Positions 18,116-27,339 are shown, counted from the first letter of the stretch. The stretch is 64,000 nucleotides of DNA from Steroidobacteraceae bacterium (GCA_035495635.1 DATJFN010000055.1:539-64538); one strand, 5' to 3'. Translations and numbers: made by a program. The notes: generated from the sequence alone by a model not told the origin.

Positions 18116-19405
18116 TTATTCCCGGTGGCCGGGATGCAAATCGGCGCCGACCAGGCCTTTACCATAAGACGGGTCGGTGCCGTTGTTACCAATATCCAGC
18201 GCGGTGGCTGCCAGGGCATCCACCGCCGCGCGCGCTGCCGCCGGATCCGGCGCCTGCAGCGTGCGCGCGAGCAGGCCCGCGACGATCGGTGTCGCGAAGG
18301 ACGTGCCGCGGATCTCCTCGAACTTTCCTCCAACCGCAGCGGCTTCGAGGTCCGCGCCGGCTGCCGCGAAATCCACCTGTTCGCCGCGGCACGCCTCGGG
18401 CAGCACCTTGTGCTCCTTGTCGACGCCCGTCACGCCGATGACGTCCGGGTAAGCGGCGGGATAGAGCGGCGGCGCTGTCGGACCATCATTGCCGACCGCG
18501 GCGACGAGCAGGAATCCGCGCGCGGTCATCGCGCGCACCAAGCCGGTCAGCAGGATGCTCCTGGCGCCGACGAGGCTGATGTTGATGACGGCGACCTTTT
18601 CGCGCGCCATCCAGTCGAGCTCGACGGCGAGCAGCGAAAGCGAGCCGCCCCCGTGGCCGCAGAAGATATCCGCGGCGTAGAGCGTCGCACCCGGGAGCAC
18701 GCTCTCGAAGTGGTCGCCGCGCCCGACCAGGAGCGACGCGACCGCCGTGCCGTGCGGCGCGGGAAACAATGCGCCGTCGCAGCCGTGGCGCACGATCGCG
18801 GCGCCGGACAGGACGGGATGCGCGCTGTCGACGCCGCTGTCGATCAGCCCGACGCGCGCGACGGCCGGCGTCGGAGTCTCCAGTTCATCCGGCGGCGCGG
18901 GGGCCGGCGGAGCCTCCTCGGACTGGAATCCCGATCCGACGTAGAGATGGTTGTAGTCGTACTCGCCCGCGGGATCGATTTCGCGCAGCTTCTGGAGCGC
19001 GCGCTTCGTCGAGATCCCTTCGGGCGCCTGCAGCACGACGAGCGTGAGGCCGAGCGCCTCGAGCTCCTCCGTGCGAAGCACGGTAAACCCCTCGTCCCGC
19101 GCCGCATCGAGCGCCGCCGGCGTCGGCGACAGCGCGCCGACCTGGCGCCTCATGATCGGCTGGCCGGCCGGGTCGGCTTCGACGGTCTCGCGCTCCGTGC
19201 GAAGGAGCTCGCGAACGCGAAGCTGGCGCGCCTCCGAGAGCGCCGAGTTCGCCGTGCGCAGCGTCCCGGTGACGGGCTCGCCGGGCAGTTTCGACAGCGG
19301 CGCCTGTGGCAGCGGCACGCCGGGCAGGCTCACCTGCGCGGACGCTGCCGTCGCCGCGCCCGCGGCGATCGTGAGGATTCCGACGATCGCAAGCCATCGA
19401 TTCAC
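18116..19405 (-). CDS. S8 (subtilisin-like) serine peptidase with N-terminal pro-region
   Basis: 429 aa with a signal peptide. The catalytic triad contexts are GLIDSGVD (Asp), HGTAVASL (His) and GTSFATP (Ser). Confidence 0.85.
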   Translation of the reverse strand: MNRWLAIVGILTIAAGAATAASAQVSLPGVPLPQAPLSKLPGEPVTGTLRTANSALSEARQLRVRELLRTERETVEADPAGQPIMRRQVGALSPTPAALDAARDEGFTVLRTEELEALGLTLVVLQAPEGISTKRALQKLREIDPAGEYDYNHLYVGSGFQSEEAPPAPAPPDELETPTPAVARVGLIDSGVDSAHPVLSGAAIVRHGCDGALFPAPHGTAVASLLVGRGDHFESVLPGATLYAADIFCGHGGGSLSLLAVELDWMAREKVAVINISLVGARSILLTGLVRAMTARGFLLVAAVGNDGPTAPPLYPAAYPDVIGVTGVDKEHKVLPEACRGEQVDFAAAGADLEAAAVGGKFEEIRGTSFATPIVAGLLARTLQAPDPAAARAAVDALAATALDIGNNGTDPSYGKGLVGADLHPGHRE

Positions 19406-19535
19406 GCCCGCTCCTTCGCCGGGCCCGCCGGCGGGAAAATGCTAGCATCCCCGCGCCCGGCCCCTGATCCCACTACGCTTGGCGCGAGCCGTTTCATCCC
19501 GTGGAAGAATCGGGCATCGCCGGACGTTTGACATC

Positions 19536-20045
19536 ATGAAGAGGACATCGGCAGTCGACGAGGTGCGCGCGCAGCTAGCGGAGCTACTGCCCCGGCTGCG
19601 GCGCTTCGCGCGGGTGATCACGCGGAACGTCGCGGACGCGGACGACCTCGTCCAGGTGTCGGTGGAGAAGGCGCTGGTGCGGGCCGAGCAGTGGCGGCCC
19701 GGGTCGAAACTGGACAGCTGGATGTTCGGAATCATGAAGAACGCCTGGATCGACGAAATCCGCACCCGCCGCCGCCGCGAGCGCGTGCATGCGCCCGAGG
19801 AAGCGGGCCTCGGCGTGGGAGATGCCTCGGCCGCCGCGCGCGACATCGCGCTCTCGGTCCAGGCCGCGATGTCGCGGCTGCCCGAGGAACAGCGCATGGC
19901 GATCGCGCTCGTGCTGGTCGAGGGGCTCTCCTACAAGGACGCCGCCGAGTCGCTCGGCATACCCATCGGCACGTTGACGAGCCGCCTCGCGCGCGGACGC
20001 GAGGCGCTCCAGGCGCTGCTCGGCGGTAAGGCAGGTGCGGCTTGA
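19536..20045 (+). CDS. ECF RNA polymerase sigma factor
   Basis: Region 2 DADDLVQVSVEKAL..W......SWMFGIMKNAWIDEIR and region 4 LPEEQRMAIALVLVEGLSYKDAAESLGIPIGTLTSRLARGR. Trimmed to ATG 19536. The track start is TTG 19479. Confidence 0.85.
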   Translation: MKRTSAVDEVRAQLAELLPRLRRFARVITRNVADADDLVQVSVEKALVRAEQWRPGSKLDSWMFGIMKNAWIDEIRTRRRRERVHAPEEAGLGVGDASAAARDIALSVQAAMSRLPEEQRMAIALVLVEGLSYKDAAESLGIPIGTLTSRLARGREALQALLGGKAGAA

Positions 20046-20770
20046 ACAGGTTCTCCGACGAGATGCTGATGGCCTACGCCGACGGCGAGCTCGACCTCGT
20101 CGCGCGCGCGGAGATCGAGGCCGCGATCGCGCGCGACCCGGAAGTCGCGCGCGCCGTCGAGCGGCATCGCGCCGTTGCCGCGCGCGTCCGGAGCGCTTAC
20201 GACGGCGTGCTCGAGGAGCCGGTGCCCGAGCGGCTCGCAGCGTTGGTGGCGGCGCCGGACAGCGGACCGGTTGTCGACCTCGCGGCGCGGCGCGAAGCGA
20301 CGCGCATCGCGATCGGCCGCTGGCGGCTCCCGCCGTGGGTGGCGCTTGCGGCATCGGTCGCGCTCGGACTGTTCGTCGGGATGCTCGTCATGCGCGAGCC
20401 CGCGGCGCCCTATGAAGAGGTGAACGGCGCCTTCGTGGCGCGCGGCGCGCTCGATGCGGCGCTGACGAGCGAGCTCGCGTCGCTGCCGGACAAATCCGGC
20501 GTCGCCATCGGCATCAGCTTCCGCGACCACGACGGCGACTACTGCCGCACTTTCCACATGCATCGCGAGGCGTCGGTATCCGGCCTCGCCTGCCGCCAGG
20601 GCGACGCCTGGAAGCTGCAAGTCCTCGCCGCCGCGCCGGAGCACGCGGGCGAGCTCCGTCCCGCCGCCGCGATGCCGCTCGCCGTGCTGCACGCCGTCGA
20701 CGCCGCGATCGAAGGCGAGCCCCTCGATGCGGGCGCCGAGGCCAAGGCGCGCGACGCGGGTTGGCGCTGA
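20042..20770 (+). CDS. anti-sigma factor (single TM)
   Basis: 242 aa. The TTG start overlaps the sigma stop (TTGA). The N-terminus MLMAYADGELD....EIEAAIARDPE is typical of anti-sigma N-terminal domains. TM at WVALAASVALGLFVGMLV. Confidence 0.7.
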   Translation: MNRFSDEMLMAYADGELDLVARAEIEAAIARDPEVARAVERHRAVAARVRSAYDGVLEEPVPERLAALVAAPDSGPVVDLAARREATRIAIGRWRLPPWVALAASVALGLFVGMLVMREPAAPYEEVNGAFVARGALDAALTSELASLPDKSGVAIGISFRDHDGDYCRTFHMHREASVSGLACRQGDAWKLQVLAAAPEHAGELRPAAAMPLAVLHAVDAAIEGEPLDAGAEAKARDAGWR

Positions 20771-20788
20771 GCGCCGCGGTCGCGCTTC

Positions 20789-21373
20789 TCAGTAAGTCTC
20801 GGCGGTGTAAATCTCGCCTTTGACCAGCCCGTCCGGATGCGGGCTGGTGTTGAGGAAGGTAACCGCGACAGTCTCGCACTGGAGACATTGCGTCACCTGG
20901 AAATGCAGGGCCTTCCAACTCGAGCCGATCACGTCGCCGCGTCGGACGTCGTCGCCGATGGCGACGAACGCTCCATCCTGCTTCAGGTGGACATACCCGG
21001 CAACCGTCCCGTCCTCTTGCTCGACAAAGATGAGATTAGTTTCCTGGTCTGCGGCCGTATTGTTGTTGGCGAAGCCAACCTGCACGAACAGCACGGTGCC
21101 GTCGCGCGACGCGACGACCGGCGTGCCGATCGGCATGCTGAAGTCGTAGGCGTACTGCGCTTTCGATCCCGCGCGATGCGAACCATGACTGCAATTGCCC
21201 TGGCTGACCAAGTAGGCTTGCCCGACCTGGAATGGTAATACGTAGGGAGAAGTCGCTTGCGGCGGATAAGGACCGCACAGGTCTGCTTCGACGCTGCCGC
21301 CGCCGTCGCTGCCGCCGCCGCAACCGGCAAGCCCTAGGGCGAGAACCGCGCCTGCTGTGCGAATTCGGCGCAT
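20789..21373 (-). CDS. LytM/M23-domain lipoprotein (metal-ligand positions look degenerate)
   Basis: 194 aa. Lipobox LGLAGC. M23-like core YAYDFSMPIGTPVVASRDGTV...GYVHL...GDDVRRGDVIG...ALHFQV. The usual HxxxD and HxH histidines are only partly present. Confidence 0.6.
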   Translation of the reverse strand: MRRIRTAGAVLALGLAGCGGGSDGGGSVEADLCGPYPPQATSPYVLPFQVGQAYLVSQGNCSHGSHRAGSKAQYAYDFSMPIGTPVVASRDGTVLFVQVGFANNNTAADQETNLIFVEQEDGTVAGYVHLKQDGAFVAIGDDVRRGDVIGSSWKALHFQVTQCLQCETVAVTFLNTSPHPDGLVKGEIYTAETY

Positions 21374-21431
21374 GGCAATATGCAGATAATAGGCGCCGAC
21401 CGGTGTCGCCTACAAACGCAGCAACCCAGTT

Positions 21432-23195
21432 ATGCACGATCTGATGAATCGGCTGGCAGGAATGTCTATCGTTCGGGTGGCGGCTGTACTGCTTGCTGCA
21501 TGGACAGCCGCCTGTGCACCGGTTCACCCTCCGGTCAACGCGCCGGCGGCCCGGCAGACGGTCGCAGGCGCCGCACCGCCGGCTGCGCCGGTCGCCGGCG
21601 TCGCGGCCGCCAATCCGCTCGCCGTCGATGCCGGGATCGAGATCCTGCGCGCGGGCGGCAGCGCTGTGGACGCGGCGGTTGCGATCCAGTCGGTGCTCGG
21701 CCTTGTCGAGCCGCAGAGCTCAGGCCTCGGCGGCGGCGGCTTCCTCCTTTATTACGACGCCGCGACGAAGAAGATCACGGCGTTCAATGGCCGCGAGGCG
21801 GCGCCGAAAGGCGCGACGCCCGGCATGTTCCTCGACGACAAGGGCGAGCCGCTTTCCTATCGCGACGCCGTGATTTCCGGGCGCTCGACCGGCGTGCCGG
21901 GCGCCATCGTGATGCTGGGGGCCGCGCATGCGCGCTTCGGCGCGCTGCCCTGGGCCAAGCTGTTCGATCCCGCCATCCGCGACGCGGAGGATGGCGTCGC
22001 CGTGCCGAAGCGCATGGCGCGATTCGTGAACGGCGACTCGCCGCAGGCGAGCCAGCCGGATGTCCGCGCGCTTTTCTCGCGGCCGGACGGCAGCCCGCTG
22101 CAGGCGGGCGATACGTTCCGCAATCCTGCGTATGCCGCGACGCTCCGGCAGGTCGCGAGCCAGGGGCCGCGCGCCCTGCTCCAGCCCCCGCTTCGCGACG
22201 AAATCATCGCGCGGACGCACGCCGAACCGCGCCCGGGCACCCTGGCGGCTGCGGACTTCGACACCTACCAGCCGACGGTTTCCGAACCCGTGTGCGGGCC
22301 TTATCTGGCCTTCCTCGTCTGCGTGCCGCCGCCGCCTTCCTCCGGCATTTCGCTGCTGCAGGTGCTCGCGATCCTCGACCGCACCGACATCGCAGCGCGC
22401 GGGCCGGGTGATCCGCAGTCCTGGTACCTGTTCGCGATGGCGAGCCGGCTGATGTACGCGGACCGCGACCAGTTCGTCGCGGACCCGGAGTTCATCCCGG
22501 TGCCGGTCCAGGGCCTGCTCGAGCCGCATTACATTTCGCGCCGCGCGGCGTTGATCGGCGTGGTGCCGGGCCCCGCGCCGAAGCCGGGCGAGCCCGCATC
22601 GATCCAGCGCGGCGCGGACGCGACGCGCGAGGCGGCGGGAACGTCCCACTTCGTGGTGATCGACCGCGACGGCAACATCGCCTCGATGACGACTACGGTC
22701 GAGTCGCTGTTCGGCTCCGGCCGCGCCGTCGGCGGGTTCATGCTTAACAACCAGCTCACGGATTTCTCGTTCCGGCCGGAAGCGGACGGAAAGCCGGTCG
22801 CGAACGCGGTCGCCGGTGGCAAGCGTCCGCGCTCCTCGATGGTGCCGGTGATCGTGCTCGATGCGTCGGGCCGCGCGGTTGCCGCGCTCGGCTCGCCGGG
22901 CAGCTCGTCGATCCTCGCCTACAACGCGAAGGCGATCGTCGGGCTCTTCGCCTGGAAGCTGCCGCTGCAGGAGGCGATCAACCTGCCGAACGTGATCGCG
23001 CGCGGGGACGAGTACTACGGCGAGGTGCCGAAGCTGCCGCCGGGGGTCGCCGACGCGCTCGCCGCGCGCGGCGTCGTCGTGAAATCCGGGCGCGGCGAGG
23101 AGTCGGGCCTGCACGGCCTCGTCGTCGACGCCAACGGCGTCGCGAGCGGCGCCGCCGACCCGCGGCGCGAAGGCGCCTGGAAAACCGTGCAATAA
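21432..23195 (+). CDS. ggt: gamma-glutamyltransferase
   Basis: 587 aa. Signal peptide, GLGGGGFLLYYD, and the autoprocessing/nucleophile site AAGTSHFVVIDRDGN. Confidence 0.9.
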   Translation: MHDLMNRLAGMSIVRVAAVLLAAWTAACAPVHPPVNAPAARQTVAGAAPPAAPVAGVAAANPLAVDAGIEILRAGGSAVDAAVAIQSVLGLVEPQSSGLGGGGFLLYYDAATKKITAFNGREAAPKGATPGMFLDDKGEPLSYRDAVISGRSTGVPGAIVMLGAAHARFGALPWAKLFDPAIRDAEDGVAVPKRMARFVNGDSPQASQPDVRALFSRPDGSPLQAGDTFRNPAYAATLRQVASQGPRALLQPPLRDEIIARTHAEPRPGTLAAADFDTYQPTVSEPVCGPYLAFLVCVPPPPSSGISLLQVLAILDRTDIAARGPGDPQSWYLFAMASRLMYADRDQFVADPEFIPVPVQGLLEPHYISRRAALIGVVPGPAPKPGEPASIQRGADATREAAGTSHFVVIDRDGNIASMTTTVESLFGSGRAVGGFMLNNQLTDFSFRPEADGKPVANAVAGGKRPRSSMVPVIVLDASGRAVAALGSPGSSSILAYNAKAIVGLFAWKLPLQEAINLPNVIARGDEYYGEVPKLPPGVADALAARGVVVKSGRGEESGLHGLVVDANGVASGAADPRREGAWKTVQ

Positions 23196-23212
23196 AGGGG
23201 ACGCGCCCCTCC
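23194..23212. repeat. REP-like palindrome copy (right arm degenerate)
   Basis: AAAGGGGACGCGCCCCTCC, preceded by AAT. The ggt TAA stop (23193..23195) overlaps its start. The ppk stop follows 2 nt after it. Confidence 0.8.
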
Positions 23213-23213
23213 C

Positions 23214-25313
23214 TCAGGAGAGCGAGAGGAGCGAGAGGAGCTCTTCCTGCGCCGAATAACGCTTGCCGCTCCTGGGCACCTGGCGCTGGTAGCCGCCTTC
23301 CGAGTCCATGACCCAGCTCTGGCAGTTGTCGTCGAGGTAGGGCTTCAGCCCCTCCTTGATGACGCGCCGCTTCAGCCGCTCGTCGAGGATCGGGAAGCCG
23401 AGCTCGATGCGGCGGAAGAAGTTCCGGTCCATCCAGTCGGCCGAGGACAGCCACACGTCGTCGGCGCCATCGTTCTTGAACCAGATCACGCGCGAGTGCT
23501 CCAGGAAGCGCCCGACGATCGAGCGCACGCGGATGTTTTCCGAGAGCCCCTCGACGCCCGGCTGCAGCGCGCAGATGCCGCGCACGATGAGGTCGATCTT
23601 CACGCCCGCCTTCGAGGCCGCGTACAACTCGTTGATGATGCCCGGCTCGAGCAGCGCATTCATCTTCGCGACGATGCGCGCCGGCCGCCCTTCGGAGGCG
23701 ATGCGCGCCTCGTTCCGGATCGCGTCGATCATCCGCTTGTGCAGCGTGAACGGCGATTGCCAGAGGTGCTTCAGGCGCTTTGCGCGTCCGAGTCCCGTCA
23801 GCTGCTTGAATACCTCGTTCACGTCGCTGCAGATCTCCTCGTTGGCGGTGAGGAGTCCCCAGTCCGTATAGAGCGTCGTTGTCGCCGAGTGGTAGTTGCC
23901 GGTACCCAGGTGCGCGTAGCGCTTCAGCACCGTGCCGTCCGGGCCCTGCTCGCGCCGCACGATCAGCGCCATCTTTGCGTGCGTCTTGTGGCCGACGACG
24001 CCGTAGATGACGTGCGCGCCGACCGCCTCCAGCTGCGCCGCCCAGTTGAGGTTCGCCTCCTCGTCGAAGCGTGCGAGCAGCTCGACGACGACCGTCACTT
24101 CTTTCCCCGCCCGCGCGGCGTCGAGGAGGATCTGCATCAGCTCCGAGGTCGCGCCGGTCCGGTACACCGTCTGCTTGATCGCGATCACGCGCGGGTCGAA
24201 TGTGCTCGACCGGATGAAATCGAGCACCGGCTGGAACGACTGGTACGGGTGGTGCAGCAGGACGTCCTGCCGCGCGATCGTCTGGAACAGGTCGTCGTCG
24301 CCCATCTCGATCGCCGCGGGCACCGAGGGCGCGAATGCCGGGTACTTGAGGTCCGGCCGGTCGATCTCGGTCAGCACCTCGCGCAGCCGGTAGAGGTTTA
24401 CCGGCCCGTCCGTGTGATAAAGGTCCTGCTCGTCGAGCTGGAACTGCTGCAGCAGGAAGTCGATCATCGCGGGCGAAATTTCCTCGACCACTTCGAGCCG
24501 CACCGCGTCACCGAAATGCCGCTGCATCAGCTCGCCCTGCAGCGCAATGCGCAGGTTCTTGATTTCTTCCTCGTCGACGAAGAGGTCGGAGTTGCGTGTC
24601 ACCCGGAACTGGTAGCAGCCCTTCACGGTCATGCCCGCGAACAGCTCGTCGATGTGCGCGTGCAGCACGCTCGTCAGGTACACGAAGGAGTACTCGCTCC
24701 CCGCGATCGCGGCCGGCAGCCGGATCGCGCGCGGCAGCACGCGGGGCGCCTGCACGATGGCGACGCGCGAGCTCCGTCCGAAGGCGTCGCGGCCTTCGAG
24801 CTCCACGATCATGTTGAGGCTCTTGTTAAACACGCGCGGAAACGGGTGGGCCGGGTCGAGCCCGATCGGCGTCAGGACGGGAAGCACCTCGCGCGTGAAA
24901 TAGTCGTGCACCCAGGCGCGCTGCGCGTCATTCCAGGTGCCGCGCCTCAGGAAGTGAATACCGGACGCCGCGAGCTGCGGCAGAAGCACGTCGTTCAGAA
25001 GGTCGAACTGCTTCGTGACGAGGTCGCGCGCCTCGCGGTAGACGATCGCCAGCGTCTCCTTCGGCGTGAGCCCGTCCGGCCCGGGATCCGAGATGCCGAG
25101 CTTGATCTGCTCCTTGATGCCGGCGACGCGGATCTCGAAGAACTCGTCGAGGTTCGAGGAGACGATCGTCAGGAAGCGCAGCCTCTCGAGCAGCGGCACG
25201 GACTCGTCGGCCGCCTGCGCGAGCACGCGGCGGTTGAACGCGAGTATCCCGAGCTCCCGGTTCAGCAGCGGAACCCGGGGCGCCATCTTGGCCGTCATGA
25301 GGCGCATGAGCAT
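23214..25313 (-). CDS. ppk: polyphosphate kinase 1
   Basis: 699 aa. LNRELGILAFNRRVLAQAADESVPLLERLRFLTIVSSNLDEFFEIRVAG is the conserved PPK1 N-terminus. In-frame ATGs at 25313, 25307, 25298 and 25286 leave the exact start ambiguous. Confidence 0.93.
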   Translation of the reverse strand: MLMRLMTAKMAPRVPLLNRELGILAFNRRVLAQAADESVPLLERLRFLTIVSSNLDEFFEIRVAGIKEQIKLGISDPGPDGLTPKETLAIVYREARDLVTKQFDLLNDVLLPQLAASGIHFLRRGTWNDAQRAWVHDYFTREVLPVLTPIGLDPAHPFPRVFNKSLNMIVELEGRDAFGRSSRVAIVQAPRVLPRAIRLPAAIAGSEYSFVYLTSVLHAHIDELFAGMTVKGCYQFRVTRNSDLFVDEEEIKNLRIALQGELMQRHFGDAVRLEVVEEISPAMIDFLLQQFQLDEQDLYHTDGPVNLYRLREVLTEIDRPDLKYPAFAPSVPAAIEMGDDDLFQTIARQDVLLHHPYQSFQPVLDFIRSSTFDPRVIAIKQTVYRTGATSELMQILLDAARAGKEVTVVVELLARFDEEANLNWAAQLEAVGAHVIYGVVGHKTHAKMALIVRREQGPDGTVLKRYAHLGTGNYHSATTTLYTDWGLLTANEEICSDVNEVFKQLTGLGRAKRLKHLWQSPFTLHKRMIDAIRNEARIASEGRPARIVAKMNALLEPGIINELYAASKAGVKIDLIVRGICALQPGVEGLSENIRVRSIVGRFLEHSRVIWFKNDGADDVWLSSADWMDRNFFRRIELGFPILDERLKRRVIKEGLKPYLDDNCQSWVMDSEGGYQRQVPRSGKRYSAQEELLSLLSLS

Positions 25314-25324
25314 CCGGTTCTGAA

Positions 25325-25342
25325 GTTACAGTCCGATGACAG
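25325..25342 (-). promoter_or_regulatory. candidate Pho box (PhoB site) facing ppk
   Basis: The minus strand reads CTGTCAT-CGGA-CTGTAAC, compared with the E. coli consensus CTGTCAT-A(A/T)A(T/A)-CTGT(C/A)A(C/T). It lies in the 74 bp ppk/ppx divergent gap. Confidence 0.45.
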
Positions 25343-25387
25343 GACCAGTTTACGCGCGCGCGGGGCGAGTGTTACCGTCGCCCGCGG

Positions 25388-26875
25388 ATGACGCGCCATG
25401 AAACCCTCGCCGCGGTCGACCTCGGCTCCAACAGCTTCCATCTCCTGGTCGGACGTATCGTAGACGGCCAGATTTACCCACTTGACACGCTGCGGGAGCA
25501 GACCCAGCTGGGCGCTGGTCTGACAGCGGACAAGAAGCTCGATCGGGCGAGCCAGTCGCGCGCGCTCGAGGTGCTGGCGCAGTTCCGCGAGCGCCTGCGC
25601 GGGCTGCCGCGCGACGCCGTGCGCGCCGTCGGCACGAATGCGCTCCGCATCGCCAAGAACTCGCCGGCTTTCCTGCGTGAGGCACGCGAGACGCTCGGCT
25701 TTCCGATCGAGGTGATCGCCGGCCGCGAAGAGGCACGCCTCATCTATCTCGGTGTCGCACACGCGCTGCCGCCCACGGAGAACAAGCGCCTCGTCGTCGA
25801 CATCGGCGGCGGCTCCACCGAGCTGATCGTCGGCCAGGGGCTCAAGCCGAAGCTGCTCGAGAGCCTCTACATGGGCTGCGTCAGCTCGAGCCTCCGGCAC
25901 TTTCCCGACGGCCGCATCGACAAGAAGGGCCTGAAGGCCGCGGTACTCGAGGCTCGCCAGGAGCTCGCCGTCGTCGCGGAGCGCTACAAGCGGTCTGGCT
26001 GGAAGGAGGCTGTCGGTTCCTCCGGCACGGCGCGGAGCATCGAAGGCATCCTGCTCGAGAACCGGTGGACCACGCAGGGCATCACGCGCGACGGGCTCGA
26101 CCAGCTCTGGGACCTCCTGTTGGACGCCGGTCGCGCCGACCCGGACCGCATCCCGGGGCTCAAGTCTGCCCGTGCAGCCGTGCTGCCCGGCGGCTTCGCG
26201 ATCATGTACGCGATTTTCGACGAGCTCGACATCGAAGAAATGCGGGTGTCCGAAGCGGCGCTCCGCCACGGCGTGCTCTATGACCTGCTCGGCCGGGTCA
26301 TGCACGCCGACATGCGCGAGGCGACGGTGACGCAGTTCATGCGGCGCTACCACGTCGATGCAGCGCAGGCGGCGCGCGTGCGCGACCTGGCGCTGCGCAT
26401 TTACGACCAGCTCTCCGGCAAGTCCGCGAATGGCGACGATCCCGACCGGCTGGCGCTCGACTGGGCCGCGCGGCTCTCCGAGGTCGGCCTCTCGATCGCG
26501 CATGCGCAGTACCACCGGCACTCGGCCTACGTGCTCTCGAATGCCGACATGCCGGGCTTCTCGCGCGTCGAGCAGCAGCGGCTCGCGCGCCTCGTGCTCG
26601 CGCACCGGGGCAAGCTGGTCAAGATCCCGACCGACGGCCTCGAGGGCACGGACTGGAATCTCGTGTTTGCGCTCCGGCTCGCATCGACGCTGCTGCGCCG
26701 GCGGAGGAAAGTGCGGCTGCCGTCGTTCCGCGCGCTCGCGGGCGACGCCCGCTACTCGATCGAGCTGCCGAAGTCCTGGCTCGAGCGGAACGCGCTGACC
26801 GCCGCCGCGCTCGAGTCCGAGGCAGGGTACTGGGAGGCCGTCGGGCGCTCGCTGCTCGTGCGCCGGATGTCCTGA
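25388..26875 (+). CDS. ppx: exopolyphosphatase (Ppx/GppA family)
   Basis: 495 aa. AAVDLGSNSFHLLVGR, IDIGGGSTELI and a C-terminal HD-like domain. Confidence 0.9.
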   Translation: MTRHETLAAVDLGSNSFHLLVGRIVDGQIYPLDTLREQTQLGAGLTADKKLDRASQSRALEVLAQFRERLRGLPRDAVRAVGTNALRIAKNSPAFLREARETLGFPIEVIAGREEARLIYLGVAHALPPTENKRLVVDIGGGSTELIVGQGLKPKLLESLYMGCVSSSLRHFPDGRIDKKGLKAAVLEARQELAVVAERYKRSGWKEAVGSSGTARSIEGILLENRWTTQGITRDGLDQLWDLLLDAGRADPDRIPGLKSARAAVLPGGFAIMYAIFDELDIEEMRVSEAALRHGVLYDLLGRVMHADMREATVTQFMRRYHVDAAQAARVRDLALRIYDQLSGKSANGDDPDRLALDWAARLSEVGLSIAHAQYHRHSAYVLSNADMPGFSRVEQQRLARLVLAHRGKLVKIPTDGLEGTDWNLVFALRLASTLLRRRRKVRLPSFRALAGDARYSIELPKSWLERNALTAAALESEAGYWEAVGRSLLVRRMS

Positions 26876-27339
26876 TGGAGTTGATCCTGTGGCGGCATGC
26901 GGAGGCGGCGCCGGGAGACCCGGACGCGGCCCGGCCGCTCACCGATCGCGGGCGTGCGCAGGCCGATCAGATGGCGCGCTGGCTCGCGCCGCGCCTCCCG
27001 CGCGAGCTTCGCATGATCGTGTCGCCGGCGCGGCGTGCGCAGGAGACCGCGCGCGCCCTCGGGCGATCCTTCGAGACGATCGAGTCGATCGCGCCCGGCT
27101 TGGATGCCACGGCGCTCCTGGCCGCGGCGCGGTGGCCCGATGCGGAGCGGCCGGTCCTCATCGTCGGTCACCAGCCGACGCTCGGCGAGGCGGCCGCGCG
27201 TTTGCTGGAGGCGCGGAACGCCGCGGCCCACATCGGTACGGGCGCCGTCTGGTGGATGCGCGCGAAATCAGGGAAAGGCCGAACGAGTGCCGTGCTGCTG
27301 CTCGCCCTCGAGCCCGAGATCCTCGCGCGCGGGAATTAA
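26875..27339 (+). CDS. sixA: phosphohistidine phosphatase SixA
   Basis: 154 aa. LILWRHAEA (RHG/A motif), LTDRGRAQA, VGHQPTLG. The start overlaps the ppx stop by 1 nt (TGATG). Its TAA stop lies inside the REP copy. Confidence 0.8.
   Translation: MELILWRHAEAAPGDPDAARPLTDRGRAQADQMARWLAPRLPRELRMIVSPARRAQETARALGRSFETIESIAPGLDATALLAAARWPDAERPVLIVGHQPTLGEAAARLLEARNAAAHIGTGAVWWMRAKSGKGRTSAVLLLALEPEILARGN

Noticed and set aside
21720-23192. 490 aa - strand ORF opposite ggt, and the similar long antisense ORFs 23496..25391 (opposite ppk), 25295..26605 (opposite ppx), 32136..33560 (opposite katG), 49581..51005 and 60177..61673.
   Set aside because: Each mirrors a gene with unambiguous family motifs on the other strand and has shadow-ORF composition.
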